Assembly: GCF_052425735.1 (NCBI RefSeq)
Contig: NC_135763.1
Span: forward strand, 23,498,001 to 23,562,000
Length of the DNA stretch: 64,000 bases
DNA from: Oculina patagonica
Lineage: Eukaryota
Reading direction: 5' to 3'
Of this stretch, positions 51,341 to 63,289 are shown in pieces. The position numbers and the translations under genes were made by a program. The first letter of the stretch is position 1. Each line of letters opens with the position of its first letter. Below the pieces are notes generated by a model that was given only the letters and a program-made list of their open reading frames with translations, did not search any database and was not told where the DNA came from.

Positions 51341-52622
51341 AACATCTCAAAGCGATTCTATCGTGAGACAAACGAATGAACGTTCATTACCGTAGTAATA
51401 TTCCGTTTATTTAAAATGAAAATCTTTTCTTTCTTTGAGAGCTCTAAGAGCATGATTTTTGCAACCTGTCTTCTTATTATTATGTCCATTCTGCCACAGA
51501 CGACAACAAAACATGTGGGACGCATCATATTAGTCAGGGTTTATGCTTTTCATGGTTCAACGTTTCTTCAATCAGGTGTATTCAAACTTCTTAAACAAGA
51601 CACCCATCTAGCTTTGAACTGAAAATTTTCAGACGTTTGAGTCCCAAATCTTTAGCTTGTTGCTCGCAGTATGGCGGCGATCGCAAAACACCCAAAACAC
51701 CTTGCGTGCTTGCCGTAAAGTTAACCGAGACCACCGTGCGCGCCCGCCGCCCAGTTTCTTCAAATCGGGATCGCCTCGCATACTACCGTACATTTCTTGT
51801 ATATTTCTTCATATACTTTCTATACATAAGGGATTTAAAAATCCCTTATGTATATATACACGCGGGGACTTCTATGATGCCTCCTCGTTGGGGCAATTAT
51901 GCAGTGAGAATAGTTTGTACACAGTGAAAGCCCTGCAGGTATAATATGCTTACATCAATAGCGAAGCGTGCGAGGTCTAAAAATAATATAACCGCCACGA
52001 GGCTCAAAAAACATCAGCGTGTTCTGAAAGAAATAGACGGAATCTAGGCGAAGTTTTCGTTTCATGAAAGTGTCTTAGGAATACCGAGTGCCTTAGAAAG
52101 TGTTTTAGGAAAATCGTCCTCTATTTCGGTTTGTTTGTCTGAGTCTTGTTTGAGTCGTGACGTCACTCGCGTGCTTCGCCATTGAGTTTTTCGTTTTGCA
52201 GGTCGCGTTTCTATTAGTTCAAAAAATTGGGCCTGACGATCGAAAATCTGGGCGGCTGACACAGATTTGCCCGACTTGTTAAATCGGAGTGACGGGATAG
52301 CGGATCGCCATTCGCACAAGCCGATTCGCTTCTCGATTTATCGTGCCCGACAGATCGGGCGGATAAATCGCGTGTAAATAAGGTTTTATTTATTTTTGTG
52401 TTTGCGTGGTGACGCGGTCACGCATAGCATTGACATTGGCGTCACCGAGGGGGGCAATATCACGCACCTGCTAGTCTCTCACGCAAGTTGAATTAATACT
52501 TTTTATCACTATGAGTAATATCGTACATTAAACGTCGGAACCATATTGTTCGTCTTGTTTAGAGCTGCGGTTGAGCTGAGCCATCGAGATCTAAGTTTAC
52601 ACTGAACAAGATCATCACAACC

Positions 52623-53462
52623 ATGGATCCAAGCTATGTGTTCTTGATGGCGCTTCACCTTGTTGGAGTTTTGTTTAACATACGAATGTTGGCAAGCTGC
52701 TTCAAAGACAAGGCGATATACACAATTCTTCAAAAATGCAGGCCAGCCATGATAACTCAGTGCATTCTGCATCTCTCTCTTCTCGCGTTGAATGCCAACG
52801 AAGTTACAAGAGCGTTCAGAAGCGAACAGGGACATGAATGGTGCGGAACTACCAACGTTCTGATGACTTCAGTGGGTTTTCTTATGATTTACAACCTGTT
52901 GGCGATTCTAGCTATAGAAGATCACACAATAGTCGGCCTTAAGCGCGAGGTTTCTACCAAAGTAGCCATGTTAGGAACATTAATTGCCGGGGTAATAAGC
53001 TGTGGGATGTTATTATGGGCCGGCGCTGTCTCGACGTCAGAACTCTGCGTGTCTTACCTAGCTTCAAGCATTGCCTGCACACTGATGATGTTTCTACTGT
53101 TATTGTTAGCCTTCAGGATTTGTACGAAAATCGCTCACGACTCAGCCAAGACATCAACGGATGAAACGTCCCTTTGGCTCAGTATCTTGAGCAAAAACAA
53201 GATGGCTGTATTTTTGACAGTGTTTTGCATTGTTTTCGAGGTATTAAGCATCGTGTTTACCAGCATTCGTGCTCAAGAAAGCATTGCACAGTTTCAAGAA
53301 TCCAGATTCTTCCAAAAGGTTTTTTATCTAAACATAATTTGGTTTGCAGTAGGAATAGCTCTTCCTGTAATTTGTCGACAGTTTATTGATTCAAACGCGG
53401 CTAATGCCAAAGAAATCACTGACGAAAATCGTTACAGTGCGAATATAACAATTTCAGTGTAA
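52623..53462 (+). CDS. Atypical class A 7TM receptor, copy 4, 279 aa (chimeric)
   Basis: Intact ORF. 5' part resembles copy 5 (MDPSYV, RAFRSE, TTN); 3' part matches copy 3. Confidence 0.75.
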   Translation: MDPSYVFLMALHLVGVLFNIRMLASCFKDKAIYTILQKCRPAMITQCILHLSLLALNANEVTRAFRSEQGHEWCGTTNVLMTSVGFLMIYNLLAILAIEDHTIVGLKREVSTKVAMLGTLIAGVISCGMLLWAGAVSTSELCVSYLASSIACTLMMFLLLLLAFRICTKIAHDSAKTSTDETSLWLSILSKNKMAVFLTVFCIVFEVLSIVFTSIRAQESIAQFQESRFFQKVFYLNIIWFAVGIALPVICRQFIDSNAANAKEITDENRYSANITISV

Positions 53463-53804
53463 AATTTTAAGAAATTTGAATATTTATTATATTCATTCAG
53501 GGACCAAAAATCTGGTACAGTGCGAATATAACGATTTCAATGTATAATAACCGTAAATCCACTAATAGTAGCCTAGCCTTTCCAAAATGTACTGTACTAG
53601 CCATGAAAATTGTTAAATAGTGGTGTGGTTGGACTGGAAGGAAAGGAGTGGCCTATAATGAATGAAATACTTTATTATAGTGTCGAGGTATTTAGCTTAA
53701 CAAAACTAATTGGGGACACTATTTACATTACAATATATCTAAGCTATTTAAAGTTAAAATATTTACACTTAAATTCTAAGAAAAAAAGAACCGTACTACA
53801 TAGA

Positions 53805-53839
<35 letters not shown>

Positions 53840-54815
53840 ATGAATGAATAAATAAATAAATAAATGACAATAGAATATAAAATTTTATAATAAAAGTAGG
53901 GAGTAAAAGTAGGTGAAAGATCCTAGCTGCATATGTCACATTTACACTCAGTTTGTATAAGACGTGTGAGGTCTTTTCTCCCAATACTGTTTTTAAAACT
54001 CGTGACATTAGGTTTCTCTCTATCACTGTAGTCTAGTTTGTTCCATAGATAAGGCCCGTAATATCGTAAAGACCTCAAATGACAATAACTAGTATTAATA
54101 ACTAGTATTAATTGGAAATAAGTGGAGTGCGTTCGGAAGGGTGGGGTGATTTGGGGGCGGGTGGGGGGGGGGGGGGGGAGGAGGCAGGGAAAGCCGTAGG
54201 TAGGGAGTGGGAAGCATGATATTATGTTTTCATTTTTTCTTGATATTTGAGGTCTGTCCATACAGAAAATGTATGACATTGCTGAAGCTTATGAAACCAG
54301 GCTGATCTTCTTGTACCAACCCATCTTTCTAATGCATAAGAGAAGAATACCGGTACTAGGTTGATATGTGACACGCGTCCTGCATAGATTTTTTCTTTGT
54401 TCACGCTCGTGTCATGTTGAATAATTTCTTCACCATTTATCACCGAGCTTGAAATTTACCATCTTTATTATTTACTACACATTTGATGAATTTGACATTG
54501 CTGATCCCAGCAGTATGCAGGACGCGTGTCACATATCAACCTAGTAAATGGCCTAAGCTCACAACGAGTCTCTCGTAGCTCAGTTGGTTAGAGCGCCCAA
54601 CCGGTATCTGGGAGGCCATTTGGGTTCAATTCCCGTCGGGGACTCAGATTTTTTCTTTGTCCCACGCTCGTGTCACGTTGAATAATTTCTTCACTATTTA
54701 TCACCGATTTTTTACTAAGCATTTTCATTTCAAGCCTTTTTTGACAGTTGTCAATCAAAAAGGCGAAATTAATAAAGCGGAAAAAGTCGATATTTTTTTG
54801 TTTTGATGAGAACGT

Positions 54816-57800
54816 TGTCACGAAAGCTTTGTTTATACGCGTTATCGAAATCGAATGTTTACACACGTGCGAAAGACATTTAAAAGAGAGACAATGGATT
54901 GAACATTTGATTGACATTTTTACCTCGTGATCAATTATCGATGTCTAGGTTTAAATAACTTTGTAGATAGTTTTTATGATCAGTGTGTGATTAAACGAAT
55001 TGAAAGAACTACGAGTGTGTTCATAACTTTACGATATACTGGCGCCCAACGTGGGGCCGTTTTAGCCCTAGACCGATCACAACTACGATGTCCGCGGACG
55101 CAAAAGAAAGGTTAAGTCGACTCTTGGCCATTAGAGGTGGGCATCGTGGAACCTTAACCCGATTTGAAAAAGAAGTTCACGACCTTCTCAAACAACCACC
55201 GAACGAAGTTGATGTAAACCGACTGGAAGTTATCGATAAACAACTGGAAGGAAAGCTAGCGAAATTAGATGGTCTTGACAAAGACATTCAATCACTCTGC
55301 GATCTGGAAAAGCTAGAAAAGGAAATCGAAGAATCCGAAAATGTAACGACGAGAATTTTGGATTGCAGATCACGAATCAACGTATGGAAGGTAAAGCAAC
55401 AAACGACAACAAGCCATAACGCAACCGAGCAAACAACGCCCCCTATCTCACCGACGACTTCGAGTTTTACCCAGAAACAAGTGAAACCGAGACTTCCCAA
55501 ACTAACACTTCCACGATTTAAAGGAGACATTACTCAATGGAACACGTTCTGGGATTCATTTAATTCTGCGATCCATTCAAATACGGAGATTTCAGACGTC
55601 GACAAGTTTAGTTACCTCAAGTCGCTTCTCGATGGCCCCGCTTCTCGTGCCATACAAGGGTTAAATTTGACAAACGGCAACTACACTTCTGCCGTAGAGT
55701 TGCTCAAAGAAAGATTCGGTAAACCCCAACAAATCATCAGTGCGCATATGGATGAGCTCCTGAAAATACATACCGCAAACAAAAAGCCGCACTCCTTGCG
55801 AATCATCTACGACAAGATCAGTGTACACACAAGAGGCTTGGCGTCACTGGGAGTTTCATCGAAAGAATATGGAAGCCTTCTTATACCCGTCATTATGTCG
55901 AAATTACCGAGTGAAATTCGAATTGAAATCGCACGCAAGTCTAGTGACGACGTTTGGAAAATCGAAGAGCTATTGGAAATAATCAAGAAGGAATTGGAGG
56001 CCAGAGAAGCAAGCGAAGAGATAAAGGCCAGTGATTTTACTCGAAAACCGACGCTACCGAACCACACCCCGTACAAGATTCCAGGAACGCCCACATCTTC
56101 AACATTCCTGTCCAACCAAGGCTCGCAAGGCGGCGGAAAATTCACCATTCGTTGTGCATATTGCGAAGAATTTCATTATTCTGCCTCGTGTCCGAACGTC
56201 GTTGACCCCGTAAAGCGAAAGGAAATTCTGCAACGAAAACACCGATGTTTTATCTGTCTAAAGGTTGGACATCGTAGCAGCGAGTGCCAGACAACCAAAA
56301 CATGTCGCCATTGTAACAAACGTCACCATCAGTCCATCTGCGATCATCAAGGCTCACCGAATCAAGAAATCAGCACTACTTCTATCGCAAACTACCAATC
56401 CGAGAATTCCCAAGTAACCACGGCGGCAACATTTCGAAAGCAAGGAACGGTGCTACTTCAAACAGCAACAGCAGTGGCCACCAACGAAAACGGTACAAAA
56501 ACAACAAAGGCAAGAATTCTGTTTGATAGTGGTAGCCATCGATCTTACGTTACTAACGATTTGAAAGCACGATTAAATCTTAAGTCCTACAAAACCGAGA
56601 TGCTGAATTTGAACACTTTCGGGGAGCAGAAATATCGAAAGCAAACATGCGACTTGGTGAAGATTCGACTCAATAAACCTGGCCTCAACGAAGAAGTGGA
56701 AATCTCCGCGTTAAGTTTTCCTGTCATATGTTCCTCTTTGCAAAGCAAGGTGGATATCAACAAGTTTCCCCAACTCGAGACCCTGCAGTTAGCCGACGAA
56801 TTCAACGATGGAAATAACAACTCGATAGATGTTCTTATTGGCTCAGACCATTATTGGAACATTGTGCATGGAGAAACGATTCGATGCGAATCTGGCCCTA
56901 CTGCGATTAGTAGCAAACTAGGATGGCTTTTGTCCGGTCCAGGTGGAGAGTCGGTTGGTAACGCTACCGTATCCAATCTTGTAATTACAGGAGAAAGGGC
57001 TGATCATCCCTTCTACACGAATGAACACGACCAGCAGGTGAACACTCTGAAGGATTTCTGGGAAACCGAATCGATTGGCATTAAAGCGGAACAAGTTGAA
57101 GAATCGACCGGAAATTCGTTCATCAAGGATCTGAGCTACGATGGAAAACGTTATGTCGTTGGTCTACCCTGGAAAGAAGAGAGAGAGGCGATTCCTAGTG
57201 AATACCAATTGAGCCGCAATCGTTTGAATTCATTGCATCACAAGTTAAGACGAGATCAAGAGTTGCTAAAGGAATACGATAAAATCATCAAGGAACAGTT
57301 GCAATTAGGAATCATTGAAGAAGTTAAGCCCGAAACCGACGACAAATTCAGCGAAACCGTGCATTATTTGCCCCATCACGCAGTTCTCCGCCGAGATAGA
57401 GAAACAACCAAAGTCCGAGTTGTCTACGATGGCTCAGCAAAGTCGCCTGGAAACAAGTACTCCTTAAACGACTGCTTAGAAGTTGGACCAAACCTCATTC
57501 CGCAATTATTCGATGTCCTCGTAAAGTTCAGGTCAGACCCAATTGCCTTAACTGCCGATATCGAGAAAGCCTTCCTCATGGTCTCAATGAACGAAGCAAG
57601 CAAGGACATGCTGCGATTCCTGTGGTTCAAAAACCCGAGCGAAATTACTCCCGAGGTCATTCAGCTTCGATTCTGCAGATTGGTGTTTGGTCTGAGACCT
57701 TCTCCTGCGATACTTGGTTCTACCATTCGTCATCACTTGGATTCATGCGAGAAATTAAATCCCGAGCTGAGCTACGTGATCAATTTGCTCAGAGAGCGCT

Positions 57801-60800
57801 TGTACGTAGATGACTTCCTAGGAGGAGCCGATTCAATAAAGAAAGCACAAGAAATCTACGAAAACTCGAAAGAAATCATGTCTAAAGGGGGATTCAATTT
57901 ACGAAAGTGGAATTCCAACAGTGAAGAAGTACTCGACATCATCAATTCCAAAGATAAATCTCTGGCATCATGCACGACGAAGACCGACCCGACAGCCGAA
58001 TTTTCACAAGATGACGAGTCCTACGCTAAGTCAACAGTTGGCCCAGCAGATAATCAAGGTGACAAGCTCGTTAAAGTCCTTGGCGTGAATTGGAACACCA
58101 AAGGCGACGAATTCCTCTTCAACTTCACAGAATTGATCAAGCTTGCAAACACATTGTCAGTCACAAAAAGGTCACTATTGAAGATTAGTGCCAAGATTTT
58201 CGACCCGCTGGGTTTTCTTAGCCCTTACGTAATACGACTAAAGGTCATGTTCCAGGAACTGTGCGCTGAAAAAATCGATTGGGACCAAGAGCTACATGGA
58301 AATTGGCTATCGAAGTGGAACTTATTCCTGTCCGAACTGGAATCGTTGAACAAGATTCGTATCCCCCGATATTATTTCATCGCAAATGCAAAACCGAATT
58401 CCATCGAGTTACATGGCTTTAGCGACGCGTCAAAACAGGCATACGCAGCAGTTGTTTATCTCAGATCGTCCTACGATGATGGACGTGTCGCGGTCCGATT
58501 GTTGTGTTCCAAAACAAGAGTTGCCCCTGTCAAACAGCAGTCAATTCCTCGCCTTGAGTTGTTGGGGGCCTGTATTCTAGCGAGATTAATGAACACTGTT
58601 CAGGATTCTCTACCCGAAGAAATCAGGAAATTCTACTGGACCGACTCTAAAACTACACTCTGTTGGATCACGAATGAGAAACCATGGAAACAGTACGTAA
58701 ATCATCGAGTTGCTGAAATCCGACGATTGACATCCAAAGAAGAATGGAGGCATTGCCCTGGCTCATTAAATCCCGCTGACTTGCCCTCGCGTGGAATGAC
58801 TGGCCGCGAAATGGTCAACTGTTCAACCTGGTGGGAGGGACCTGAATTTCTCCAGCTGCCTGAGAACGATTGGCCTCACGGTCAATCAGTTACAGAAACC
58901 AATAACGATGCATGGTTGGAACTCGTGAAAAACCCACCCGAAGTAACGCACGTGTTAACCGCCTCTGAGGGAAAACCCGCGTCGATTAATCTTACCGAAA
59001 TTATCAAGTGTGAAGAGTTCAGCACTCGCGACACTCTGTTACGCGTGACTGCGTACGTGATGCGTTTTATCAACAATGCCAGACGCAAGGTCAAACACAA
59101 AGCCAATAGCCAAGATGAAATTCCTGAAGTGCGCCGAAACGAACAGCTTTGCGCCGACGAAATCAACCTTGCCGAGACCAACTGGATAAGAACAATCCAA
59201 GCCAACTCATTTGCCAGTGAAATCTAATTTTTACGAAATGGAAATCAACCGAAGCCCCTGCGAGTGGAACAATTCTCATTGTTTCTCGACGAAAACCAAA
59301 TGTTGCGTTGTCGCGGACGAATTAACAACTCTTCCTTACCTCTACCAACCAAGAATCCGATCCTGTTGCCTTCAAGTCATCCTTTCGTCGATTTGCTCAT
59401 TCGTCACACACACGAACGCGTAAAACACAGTGCAGTGACTAACACGCTAACGACACTTCGAGAACGCTTTTGGATTTTAAAGGGACGTCAAGCCGTGAAG
59501 CGTTTTTTGAAGCGTTGCGTGACTTGCCGTAAACTTGAAGGACTTCCATACTCCTCGTACAATTCACCAGATCTCCCAAGCTTTCGAGTATCGGACGATC
59601 CACCGTTCACTCACACTGGATTGGACTTTGCTGGACCCTTATACATCCGCACCGAAGGAAATCAAGATAAAGAGAACAGCAAATGCTACATCTGTTTATT
59701 CACTTGCGCATCAACGAGAGCTGTTCACCTAGAGTTAGTACGAAGTCTGACCGTTCAGTCGTTTTTACTAGCCTTTCGACGATTTACCAGCCGCAAAGGA
59801 TTACCGGCTACGTTGATATCAGACAACGCAAAAACATTCAAGGGAGCGTCCCGAGAAGTAAAAAAAATCGCTCGATCGAAAGAAGTTATGGTCCATCTGG
59901 CAAGCAATGGAATATCATGGAAATTCATTGTCGTGAAGGCTCCTTGCTGGGGTGGTTTTTGGGAGCGACTGATCCAGAGCGTCAAACGGTGTCTAAAGAA
60001 GTGCATTGGAAGATCGATCCTGAACTACGACGAATTAGAAACCCTTTTGGATGAGGTGGAGGCAGTCATAAATTCGAGACCGTTAACGTACGTGGAAGAC
60101 GATCAGGATGGCGTGACATATACCTTGTGTCCTTCGCATTTGATCAATGGTCGACGTATCACCAGCACGCCTAATGGTGGGCACTTTGAAGTAATCAGCA
60201 CGAATTCATCTCTAACCCGAAGAGCGAAGGACCACCGTCATCTTCTCCATCAATTTACCACCCAGTGGAGAAAGACGTACCTGCTGAATCTACGAGAAAA
60301 CAATGCCCTGAAGTCCAGGGTTCGAAGTGGGCCCGAAATTGCTGTTGGCGACATAGTGATTTTAAAGAACGATTCATCCAACCGGATGTTTTGGAAACTG
60401 GCGAAAGTCGAGGAGCTGCTACCGGGAAGAGATGGCCTCGTGAGATCTGCAGTCGTAAAGGTCGCGAACAGTGACAAAAGGCCTCGTCTGATGAGACGAA
60501 GTGTAAAACATTTGTTCCCTATTGAAGTCAGCGCGAAAGACGACGACAATCCAATTGGAGAAACAGCGAACACGCCTTCTGTGGAGTCCTCCACAACTCG
60601 GAACGATAGGCCACGTCGTAATGCGGCGATCATGGCAGACATTTTACGAAAGTCTCAGTTTTAAATATTTCTTATTTTGTTTGTTTATATGCGTTTTGTT
60701 ATGTTGCTCACCGGATGTGAAGCAACCTCGGGGAGTGTCACGAAAGCTTTGTTTATACGCGTTATCGAAATCGAATGTTTACACACGTGCGAAAGACATT

Positions 60801-60955
60801 TAAAAGAGAGACAATGGATTGAACATTTGATTGACATTTTTACCTCGTGATCAATTATCGATGTCTAGGTTTAAATAACTTTGTAGATAGTTTTATGATC
60901 AGTGTGTGATTAAACGAATTGAAAGAACTACGAGTGTGTTCATAACTTTACGATA
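54816..60955 (+). mobile_element. Full-length BEL/Pao LTR retrotransposon, copy B (segmental duplicate of copy A)
   Basis: Same LTRs, same AACGT TSD and same flanks at an offset of 10666 bp. Confidence 0.97.
55088..60664 (+). pseudogene. BEL/Pao Gag-Pol copy B with the same in-frame TAA (59225-59227)
   Basis: Same domains as copy A; nine amino-acid differences, including PWWGG to PCWGG in integrase. Confidence 0.93.
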
Positions 60956-61838
60956 AACGTCGAAAAGCTGAAAAAACTCGAGAAATTTCTCATTTTGACT
61001 TTTTCGCGATAAGTGAATTAACAGAATTACTTGAGAATATCGACTTAAGCAATACCCGAGAGAAATCCTAAAAATAGTCCACTTTATCTGAAAAAACTGG
61101 CACTTATTTCAGGTTTTTTAAAACACAAGTGAAATCGACAAAAAGGGTGTCGTTTTTGCGTGTAAATCACAATTCAAAAAGTTAATTTTCGTGGAGTTTT
61201 GCAGTTTCTAGATCAAGGTTTTATTGAAAAGTAGAATTGCCGAAAGCGTTCACTGATTCCACAACACAGCTTTCTGATTTTTCTGACAAGTAGCTTTAGT
61301 CATATATTTTGCTACTGATACTTCGAATAAATAGTTACAACTTCACTTACCTTGGAGAAAACTGCGAAAAATATTCGAAATAAGCGAAGGCAAAGGAACA
61401 AAGAAAGCACACACGAAAGCACAGTCGAAAGTACTGATGGATTACCAGCATTGAGCCTTTTATCTTTTTACCGCTGTTGTTGTGTTGGCGGGAACTTTAC
61501 ACGAACGGGCACTATTTTATCGAATTTCGGTGGCGCACTAAAACTCTACCGCCCTGGATAAAACCCTGTTATGCTTTCCATGTTATTTTCGGTATTTTAA
61601 ACATTTCTTCAAGCAAAACAAGTTTGTACGATTCCAAATTCGACGCCATATTGTACTGCATGGGATCGAGGCTACGGAGAACTCGTTTAAACACTTTGAC
61701 TAATGATCACATAAGACAGTTATGACTTTCCATAGTTGACCATGTGAAAAGCATAAACCATGAACGATGAGACCGAATGGCATTCTAAATAGAGAGCATT
61801 GGTAAGCTTAGTAATATTGTTCATCGTGGTGTAAGATA

Positions 61839-62057
61839 GGTAATGAACGTTTATTCGTTTGTCTCACGATAGAATCGCTTTGAGATGTTGATCGCGACGT
61901 TTCGACTGCAATACTGCTAGTCTTCATCAGGCGATGCCTTTGCCTCGCAGTATGGCTCTGATCGCCTGATGAAGACTAGCAGTATTGCAGTCGAAACGTC
62001 GCGATCAACATCTCAAAGCGATTCTATCGTGAGACAAACGAATGAACGTTCATTACC
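61839..62057. ncRNA. Second copy of the palindromic double hammerhead ribozyme (+ strand ribozyme at 61960-62006)
   Basis: Identical to 51173-51391 at offset 10666, with the same TAGTAATATT TSD. Confidence 0.8.
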
Positions 62058-63289
62058 GTAGTAATATTCCGTTTATTTAAAATGAAAATCTTTTCTTTCT
62101 TTGAGAGCTCTAAGAGCATGATTTTTGCAACCTGTCTTCTTATTATTATGTCCATTCTGCCACAGACGACAACAAAACATGTGGGACGCATCATATTAGT
62201 CAGGGTTTATGCTTTTCATGGTTCAACGTTTCTTCAATCAGGTGTATTCAAACTTCTTAAACAAGACACCCATCTAGCTTTGAACTGAAAATTTTCAGAC
62301 GTTTGAGTCCCAAATCTTTAGCTTGTTGCTCGCAGTATGGCGGCGATCGCAAAACACCCAAAACACCTTGCGTGCTTGCCGTAAAGTTAACCGAGACCAC
62401 CGTGCGCGCCCGCCGCCCAGTTTCTTCAAATCGGGATCGCCTCGCATACTACCGTACATTTCTTGTATATTTCTTCATATACTTTCTATACATAAGGGAT
62501 TTAAAAATCCCTTATGTATATATACACGCGGGGACTTCTATGATGCCTCCTCGTTGGGGCAATTATGCAGTGAGAATAGTTTGTACACAGTGAAAGCCCT
62601 GCAGGTATAATATGCTTACATCAATAGCGAAGCGTGCGAGGTCTAAAAATAAATATAACCGCCACGAGGCTCAAAAAACATCAGCGTGTTCTGAAAGAAA
62701 TAGACGGAATCTAGGCGAAGTTTTCGTTTCATGAAAGTGTCTTAGGAATACCGAGTGCCTTAGAAAGTGTTTTAGGAAAATCGTCCTCTATTTCGGTTTG
62801 TTTGTCTGAGTCTTGTTTGAGTCGTGACGTCACTCGCGTGCTTCGCCATTGAGTTTTTCGTTTTGCAGGTCGCGTTTCTATTAGTTCAAAAAATTGGGCC
62901 TGACGATCGAAAATCTGGGCGGCTGACACAGATTTGCCCGACTTGTTAAATCGGAGTGACGGGATAGCGGATCGCCATTCGCACAAGCCGATTCGCTTCT
63001 CGATTTATCGTGCCCGACAGATCGGGCGGATAAATCGCGTGTAAATAAGGTTTTATTTATTTTTGTGTTTGCGTGGTGACGCGGTCACGCATAGCATTGA
63101 CATTGGCGTCACCGAGGGGGGCAATATCACGCACCTGCTAGTCTCTCACGCAAGTTGAATTAATACTTTTTATCACTATGAGTAATATCGTACATTAAAC
63201 GTCGGAACCATATTGTTCGTCTTGTTTAGAGCTGCGGTTGAGCTGAGCCATCGAGATCTAAGTTTACACTGAACAAGATCATCACAACC

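Larger units (their letters stand above)
51173..51391. repeat. 219-bp palindrome (97-bp arms, 25-bp spacer) inside an insertion with a 10-bp TSD
   Basis: Arms 51173-51269 and 51295-51391 are reverse complements with one mismatch. TAGTAATATT at 51143-51152 and 51393-51402. Confidence 0.95.

Noticed and set aside
54816-60955. Second independent BEL insertion
   Set aside because: Identical TSD, flanks and nonsense codon show it arose by segmental duplication (or assembly duplication), not transposition.
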